From an uncultured Treponema sp. (GTDB lineage Bacteria > Spirochaetota > Spirochaetia > Treponematales > Treponemataceae), in assembly GCA_946061765.1 (NCBI GenBank), contig CAMGTC010000001.1, positions 1-39,687 of the forward strand: a stretch of 39,687 bases of DNA. The letters are read 5' to 3'. Positions 19,997 to 25,811 of this stretch are shown here, in pieces (within the stretch, counting starts at the first letter, position 1; each line of letters opens with the position of its first letter). Under the pieces are notes generated by a model. That model saw only the letters and a list, made by a program, of their open reading frames with translations, ran no database searches and was not told the DNA's origin. Position numbers and translations under genes: made by a program.

Positions 19997-20429
19997 TAGT
20001 TCGAATTTCGAATTTTAATTGGAAATGCATAAAATTGATTGTTATAATTGCTTTTGCATTATGAAAATACTGCCAGTCAGAAAGCGACTGTCAAAACCGC
20101 TACCGCCTGCCTGACGGCAGTCAGGGCGTTGCTACATGCGCAAGTCGGCAAGGAAACTACCGTTTCCGACTTGCGAATGTTTTTGCCAGCCTCTTTCTTC
20201 CTTCCCGTGTTTTCATAATTAAACGTTTAAAATAGATGGCTTAAATTTCGCCATCTATTTTAAGTCTCGAGTTTTTTTGCAAAAACTCTTTTTATTTACG
20301 TGTTCGCTTGCGCGAACGTTTTGTAAATCCTCAGCTGTTGAAACAACTTGCGGTTTACAAAATTAAAGAATAATTTGTTTGTAAAATCTATTTTATGTTT
20401 AATTTTCTAAAAACTCGAATTTCGGGCTA
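19997..20429. mobile_element. Non-coding MITE-like element with imperfect terminal inverted repeats and nested hairpins
   Basis: Left end TAGTTCGAATTTCGAATTTT..CATAAAATTGATT mirrors right end AATCTATTTTATG..AAAAACTCGAATTTCGGGCTA; parts are repeated at 1-137 and 39606-39687; no transposase ORF. Confidence 0.6.
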
Positions 20430-20430
20430 A

Positions 20431-20920
20431 TTACAGCGTAGCCTTTACATGCTGGCAGATTATGCAGGTATTTCTGTTCCAACATTCCCTATCTTAAATA
20501 TGAGTGATGTTGCAGCTGAACAGGGTAAAAAAAATTGATGCAGATGCCATTTCTAAAAAACTTGGTATTCCACTTGTTCTCTTTTCTGCTCAGGATAAAA
20601 AGAACTATGACAATTTTTTACAAGACACTGGAAAAGTCCTCTCAGAAAAAACAGTTTTGAACACTTCTGCTCTTGAAGCTAAATATGAAACAATTCCTGC
20701 CTATAAAAAAATAAAAAATCTGATAACAGATGATATAATTACAGGCTATTCTTCAAGCTGGCTTAGGCCAAGGCCGTAGAAGGAGACGCTCCAGTTTGTG
20801 CAAAATTAAAAGATACATTAAATGGTGCAAAAGCCGCAGAATTCGAAAAACTGACATCGGTATAAAAGGGGATCTGCTTACAGGAGAAGCTAAATTTAAG
20901 TGGTTGATGAGATTTTGTGA
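20431..20920 (+). pseudogene. feoB: Fragment of ferrous iron transporter B (end of G-domain and helical region) with several frameshifts
   Basis: Stitched translation LQRSLYMLADYAGISVPTFPILNMSDVAAEQGKK/IDADAISKKLGIPLVLFSA..SWL/AKAVEGD..GDLLTGEAKFKW/DEIL matches the FeoB G4 (NMxD) and G5 region. Confidence 0.8.
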
Positions 20921-20992
20921 CTATTCTACTTTCGTAAAATAGTCTTTGGGCCATATGTCGCATTCGCGCCGTTTGGCTATAGGAAATTATAT

Positions 20993-21026
20993 AAAAAAAA
21001 GCCCATTCTGCTTTCGCAAAATGGAC
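20993..21026 (-). terminator. Intrinsic terminator after tRNA-Ile2
   Basis: Minus strand GTCCATTTTGC-GAAA-GCAGAATGGGC followed by a T-run. Confidence 0.8.
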
Positions 21027-21028
21027 TT

Positions 21029-21101
21029 TGGGCCATCTAAGATTTGAACTTAGGACCAAAGGATTATGAGTCCTCTGCTCTAACCACTGAGCTAATGGCC
21101 C
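21029..21101 (-). tRNA. tRNA with CAT anticodon, most likely tRNA-Ile2 (lysidine)
   Basis: GGGCCATTAGCTCAGTGGTTAGAGCAGAGGACTCATAATCCTTTGGTCCTAAGTTCAAATCTTAGATGGCCCA; paired position 1-72 and no GGG/CCC anticodon stem rule out the initiator; overall pattern is Ile2-like; CCA not encoded. Confidence 0.9.
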
Positions 21102-21113
21102 GATATGATTAAA

Positions 21114-21167
21114 ATTAATATATCATAAAACGCCGTTTTTGACAATAACTATATTCAATTCTAAATT
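21114..21167. promoter_or_regulatory. Putative divergent sigma70 promoters with overlapping -35 boxes
   Basis: Plus strand TTGACA(21139)-17-TAAATT(21162); minus strand TTGTCA(21145)-17-TATATT(21122) with a TGn extension. Confidence 0.5.
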
Positions 21168-21214
21168 TTTATGTTACAATTATACGGTAATATTGTTATA
21201 TAATTAGGATTAAT

Positions 21215-21961
21215 ATGAACGAGTTACCTATAAAACTAGAAAAATGTCCTCTAGTTGAGACTATTCTCGAACTTAGATTTAAATCTTCTCTGCCAGATGA
21301 TGCTGTTTTTGGAGTAGTATATCAGGCTCTCTCAAAAAAATTTGATACATTTACACCTAAAAGACAGGGTATATTGGATCTTCCTGAAGAAGCAAGAAAC
21401 TTTGATCCAAATATGAAGTATCAACCATATTACCAATTGGTTAATGATAATTTATCAATTGGCATAGGTCCTAGATCAATTATTTTTTCAAACAGAGCAC
21501 CCTATAAAGGTTGGAAATTTTTTAAGGATTTTGTTATATCTGCACTTGAATTAGTAAAATCTAGTTCGGCAGTTCATGAAATCGAACGAATAGGTTTAAG
21601 ATATATTAATTTAATTGATAAATCATTATCTGAAACAACAAATTTGAATATTTCATTATGTGGAATGTTGAAAGAATCATCTGATGTTTCAACTTTAAGA
21701 CTCGAAAAAAGAATCGATGCAAATAAAATGATTATTTTTCAATTAAATGATAATGTATTAATAAGCATAAATAATTCTCCTGCAAAGAAAGCTTCAATGA
21801 TTGATATTGATGCAATAAATACAGAGTGTTTTAAATTTCAAGAAATTGAAATGAAAATACTTGATGAAACATTAGACAATTTGCATAAACTTGAAAAGAA
21901 ACATTTTTTTGCACTTCTTGATAGTAATTATTTAGATTCTTTAGAACCAATTTACGAATAA
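21215..21961 (+). CDS. TIGR04255-like family protein
   Basis: N-terminal LEKCPLVETILELRF, central PYKGWKFFK and RIGLRYIN, C-terminal IDIDA..LDNLH..EKKHFF, recognised by eye. Confidence 0.75.
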   Translation: MNELPIKLEKCPLVETILELRFKSSLPDDAVFGVVYQALSKKFDTFTPKRQGILDLPEEARNFDPNMKYQPYYQLVNDNLSIGIGPRSIIFSNRAPYKGWKFFKDFVISALELVKSSSAVHEIERIGLRYINLIDKSLSETTNLNISLCGMLKESSDVSTLRLEKRIDANKMIIFQLNDNVLISINNSPAKKASMIDIDAINTECFKFQEIEMKILDETLDNLHKLEKKHFFALLDSNYLDSLEPIYE

Positions 21962-21978
21962 AAGTACCGAGGTTCGTA

Positions 21979-22248
21979 ATGATAAAATATGTAACAATAG
22001 CAGGAACAATAGCCCTTGCAACTACAATCACTGTAACACCAATATCTCAAGTTATGAAAACAAATACAGCCTCAAATAATTCGTTTATTTCCATAAAAAA
22101 TGAAACTTCTCCATATTGCCCTACAGAAGTTATTTATATTGAAATAGATGATTCAACTCCAACCGATGATGTAATTGAAGTATCAATAAAAGGAACCATA
22201 CCAACAGAATTATGTCAAAGTAAAAAGATGGAATTTGAGTGGTTCTAA
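21979..22248 (+). CDS. Small hypothetical protein with hydrophobic Thr-rich N-terminus and acidic C-terminal half
   Basis: SD GAGGT upstream; 17 bp after the previous gene and 3 bp before the next. Confidence 0.7.
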   Translation: MIKYVTIAGTIALATTITVTPISQVMKTNTASNNSFISIKNETSPYCPTEVIYIEIDDSTPTDDVIEVSIKGTIPTELCQSKKMEFEWF

Positions 22249-22251
22249 TAT

Positions 22252-22809
22252 ATGTCGAATTGGTTTTTAGAAATACATAATGATACATCTCTAGAACAAG
22301 GTGATATTATTGAAAATTGTAGAATAATATGTCCTGGAGAGACCGAATATCACGCACTCCTACAAGAAAATCCTACTCATGTTGATATGAATTATATTGA
22401 ATGCGATTGCATCATAATGTCTCAATCATGTGATTTAGAAAACAATAAAATTAAATATGTGATTTTATGTCCAATTGCAACTCTTCAAAACGCAATGAAA
22501 TCATTTGAATTATTAAAATCAAAAGAAGGTCGGGAACAATTGCGTCAAGGAAATCTGCCTTCATATCACCTTCTTGATAGATTTACACTAAAAGGTGTAA
22601 CTGATTTTTACTGCGTTAGTTTCCATAACATATTCTCAATACCTAAAGAATATCTAAAAGCGCTGGTAAAAGACAAAAATAGATTACGTCTTGTTTCTCC
22701 ATACAAAGAACATTTATCCCAAAGTTTTGCAAGATACTTTATGAGAGTTGGTTTGCCATCTGGTATTGATAAAGAAGAATTAAAAGCTTGCAAGTTTATA
22801 GAGAATTAA
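22252..22809 (+). CDS. Conserved-looking hypothetical protein (possible PemK/MazF-like fold)
   Basis: LEQGDII, IIMSQSCDL, VILCPI and RLVSPYKEHLSQSFARYFMRVGLP motifs; SD GAGTGG. Confidence 0.7.
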   Translation: MSNWFLEIHNDTSLEQGDIIENCRIICPGETEYHALLQENPTHVDMNYIECDCIIMSQSCDLENNKIKYVILCPIATLQNAMKSFELLKSKEGREQLRQGNLPSYHLLDRFTLKGVTDFYCVSFHNIFSIPKEYLKALVKDKNRLRLVSPYKEHLSQSFARYFMRVGLPSGIDKEELKACKFIEN

Positions 22810-22917
22810 AACTTATATTACTCGGGGAAAAGACCCGACGACTACAATTTTGTTGCATCTATGATTATGCTTTTTGATTCTATTATGCCTTTATCCATTG
22901 CAATCTGAACTCTCTAC

Positions 22918-23042
22918 TCAATATTGACTGAAATTTAATTCTTGCTGTGACTTGAGCATAAAAAAACACCACCTGAACAAATTTTACTATATTCAAATGA
23001 TGTTTGTAAATTCTGTCTTTAACAGACTTTTTCAGTGGCTTC
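22918..23042 (-). mobile_element. Possible remnant of the left end of an IS1182-like element
   Basis: GAAGCCACTGAAAAAGTC end-like sequence, then SD AGGTGG and a 13-codon stub MLKSQQELNFSQY; resemblance recalled from memory only. Confidence 0.3.
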
Positions 23043-23067
23043 TTAATGCGTTGACACTTTTTTTTAT

Positions 23068-23889
23068 TTACCAAGTTACAATCTGATCAACAATTTCCTG
23101 TTGCTCACTAGCAGTTCGCCTGAGGTAAATACGAGTTGTTTCAATACTTTCGTGTCCCATCAAATCAGCAAGTAAAGAAATATCATTGAACTTTTCTAGA
23201 AAGTTCTTAGCGTAACGATGCCGGAAAGAATGAGGATAAACGACCTTTGTGCTTATGCCATATTTTGCAGCATAAGTTTTAAGCTGTGTTGCAATTCCGC
23301 GTGTGGTAATCCGTTCTCCAAAACGATTAAGAAAAACATATCCAAAAGTTCTGTTTATAGATTTAAGCCAGGCTTGGGCTTCTTCACGTAATAGTTTTGG
23401 AATATACAAACGACGAAGTTTTCCGCCTTTTGAGTATAAATCAAACCAGCCGATATTTACGTGCTCAACTTTGATTTGAGTAAGTTCACTTACACGGGCT
23501 CCTGTTGCTCCTAGAAACCATACTACAAAATACCATTCGATATTTCCATCTGCTTTAAGCTGTGCTTTGAAATATTGATAATCGGCATTACTTATCACAT
23601 TTTCCAGAAAGTTTTTCTGCTGGACCTTTACCTGTTTAAGCTGCATTTTATCTTTACCAATAAAAACAAGATACTTGTTGATTGCCTGAATACGAAGATT
23701 CACGGTCTTTGGCTTAAAGTATTCCAAAAGCCAGCCTTTGTAGGCAAGAAGATTTTCTTTTGAAAAGTCTTCATAGTTTTCTGTGTAATACTTAATAGTC
23801 CAGAGATAAGAAGTAACAGTATTTTCCGAAAGATTTTGTTTTCGTAAATGCTGCTCAAAAGGTGTTTGTTGATTAATTTGCTTTTTCAT
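23068..23889 (-). CDS. Tyrosine recombinase/invertase associated with the hsdS locus
   Basis: Catalytic TGARVSE, KGGK, HSFRH, GHESIETTRIY; ATG 23889 with SD GGAGG. Confidence 0.92.
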   Translation of the reverse strand: MKKQINQQTPFEQHLRKQNLSENTVTSYLWTIKYYTENYEDFSKENLLAYKGWLLEYFKPKTVNLRIQAINKYLVFIGKDKMQLKQVKVQQKNFLENVISNADYQYFKAQLKADGNIEWYFVVWFLGATGARVSELTQIKVEHVNIGWFDLYSKGGKLRRLYIPKLLREEAQAWLKSINRTFGYVFLNRFGERITTRGIATQLKTYAAKYGISTKVVYPHSFRHRYAKNFLEKFNDISLLADLMGHESIETTRIYLRRTASEQQEIVDQIVTW

Positions 23890-24062
23890 AAAAGCCTCCA
23901 ATAAGTTTTTTGTGCACTAAAAAGTGCTTTATTGGAGAAGTTATCCCATTTATTGCAAATATAACACTTTATACTTGCACATCTTTAATTTTTATCATAA
24001 TGTAAGAAAATAAAAGTATTTATATTTGCATAAAATACATAACTAGAGGAGATTTTGAAAAT

Positions 24063-25286
24063 ATGAACCTGATTCGTGAAGATTATTTGAAGCTTATACG
24101 ACCATATTATGATGTAGACCTGATAAAAGTTATAACAGGCGTTCGCCGCTCTGGAAAATCAGTTTTAATGGAAACTATAAAAGACGAAATTCTTGCAAAT
24201 GGTGTAAAAGGTTCTCATATAATAAGCATCAATCTTGAAGATTTGGATTATTCGTTTATTACAGATATAAAAGATCTTCACAAAGAAATAGAAAGTCGAA
24301 TTATAGACCAGGAAAAATACTATATATTTCTTGATGAAATTCAGCATGTAGAAAACTTTGAAAAACTTCTTGCATCACTTAAAGCAAAATTCAATTGCTC
24401 TATTTTTGTTACAGGCAGCGATTCTACAATGCTTTCTGGAGATCTCGCAACTCTTTTAACAGGAAGAACTGTAGAATTTGAGATTTTTCCGTTTAGCTTT
24501 AAAGAGTCAGTGGATTATATGGCATTAAATAACATTGAATGTAATCCCGATGAATTTATAAAAGACTATATAAAATGGGGCGGCTTTCCCTTACGCTTTA
24601 GCTTTAGGGAAGAAACTTCTATAAAACGCTTCTTGGATAATTTATATTCAAACATCATAAACCGAGACATAATAAAAAAATCAAGCAAGATGGATAAAAA
24701 ATCTTTTAAGGATATTTCCCTTTATATTATGTCCAATGCAGGAAAAGAATTTTCTGCCCAAAACCTTGCAAATTACTATTCAACAAAATGTAAGAAATCA
24801 GTAAGCACCAGAACCATTTATAATTATCTGGAAAAACTGCACAAGGCTTACATTCTCCATTCCTGCAAAAAATACAACATTACAGGAAAAGCAGCCTTAG
24901 ATTCTTCAGATAAGTTTTATGCCACTGACACAGGATTTCGAACTTTAAACACTAACACTATAAACTATGAGGATACTTTTTTTCTAGAAAACATTATTTA
25001 TAATGAACTTCTGATTCAGGGATTTACAGTCTATACAGGAAAAACTTTTAAAGGCGAAATTGATTTTGTGGCAATAAAAGATAACAAGAAATGTTTTATA
25101 CAGGTAGCTTATCTTCTTTCCTCAGAAAACACAATCAAGCGTGAATTTGGTGCATATGACAAGATAACAGATGCATCTCCTAAATATGTGCTTTCTCTAG
25201 ACAAAATTGATTTAAGCCATGATGGTATAGAACATCTTAATATCGTTGATTTTCTTTTGCATAAGGTAAGTTTGCATTTATCGTAA
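24063..25286 (+). CDS. AAA+ ATPase (AAA_14 + DUF4143-type) with C-terminal PD-(D/E)xK-like domain
   Basis: ITGVRRSGKS, FLDEIQ, VTGS, LTGR, KFYATDTG, LENIIYNEL, GEIDFV..IQVAY. Confidence 0.88.
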   Translation: MNLIREDYLKLIRPYYDVDLIKVITGVRRSGKSVLMETIKDEILANGVKGSHIISINLEDLDYSFITDIKDLHKEIESRIIDQEKYYIFLDEIQHVENFEKLLASLKAKFNCSIFVTGSDSTMLSGDLATLLTGRTVEFEIFPFSFKESVDYMALNNIECNPDEFIKDYIKWGGFPLRFSFREETSIKRFLDNLYSNIINRDIIKKSSKMDKKSFKDISLYIMSNAGKEFSAQNLANYYSTKCKKSVSTRTIYNYLEKLHKAYILHSCKKYNITGKAALDSSDKFYATDTGFRTLNTNTINYEDTFFLENIIYNELLIQGFTVYTGKTFKGEIDFVAIKDNKKCFIQVAYLLSSENTIKREFGAYDKITDASPKYVLSLDKIDLSHDGIEHLNIVDFLLHKVSLHLS

Positions 25287-25306
25287 TAGAGTTCATCTTC
25301 TTATTG

Positions 25307-25327
25307 CAGACCTTATGAGAAGGTGGA
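25307..25327 (+). repeat. Inverted repeat (left) of the hsdS inversion segment
   Basis: CAGACCTTATGAGAAGGTGGA is the exact reverse complement of 26326-26346. Confidence 0.95.
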
Positions 25328-25811
25328 GCTTTCAGAAATAGATTGGACTTTACCTAATAATTGGTGCTTATGTCATTTTGGCGATATAGCAACTGTAATA
25401 AATGGGAAGAACCAATCAAAGGTTGAAAACCCAAATGGAAAGTATCCTATTTATGGCAACGGTGGAATAATGGGTAGAGCTTATGACTATATTTGTCCTG
25501 AAAACTGTACAATTATTGGAAGAAAGGGGTCAATAAATAATCCAATTTTTGTTGAAGAAAAGTTTTGGAATGTAGATACAGCCTTTGGCTTATCTCCCTC
25601 CGAAGCGGTATTGCCTAGGTTCTTGTTTTATTTCTGTGAATATTTTGATTTTACAACATTAGATTCAAGTACAACCTTACCATGTCTTACAAAAACAAAT
25701 ATTCAGCAAATTATTTTTGCTTTACCTCCGATAGAGGAACAGAAACGAATCTTAGATAAAACAAATGAATTATTTGATAAATTAAACGAGATTATTCTGA
25801 ATTTGGTCTAA
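25323..25811 (+). CDS. hsdS: Silent type I R-M specificity half-gene (alternative C-terminal TRD)
   Basis: LPNNWCLCHFGDI, IIGRKGSI, LPPIEEQKRI; single TRD, in frame with RPYEKVE encoded by the repeat. Confidence 0.88.
   Translation: MELSEIDWTLPNNWCLCHFGDIATVINGKNQSKVENPNGKYPIYGNGGIMGRAYDYICPENCTIIGRKGSINNPIFVEEKFWNVDTAFGLSPSEAVLPRFLFYFCEYFDFTTLDSSTTLPCLTKTNIQQIIFALPPIEEQKRILDKTNELFDKLNEIILNLV

Noticed and set aside
20504-20779. 91-aa ORF as an independent gene
   Set aside because: It is one frame of the frameshifted feoB pseudogene.
20763-21059. 98-aa minus-strand ORF
   Set aside because: It overlaps the tRNA, its terminator and the antisense of the feoB relic; no motif.
22883-23074. 63-aa ORF after the recombinase
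   Set aside because: No motif or clear SD, and it spans a hairpin and the possible IS stub.
23068-23889. Prophage or ICE integrase acting at tRNA-Ile2
   Set aside because: The island lies on the 5' side of the tRNA, no duplicated tRNA 3' end was seen, and there are no phage or conjugation genes. The hsdS inverted repeats explain the recombinase better.
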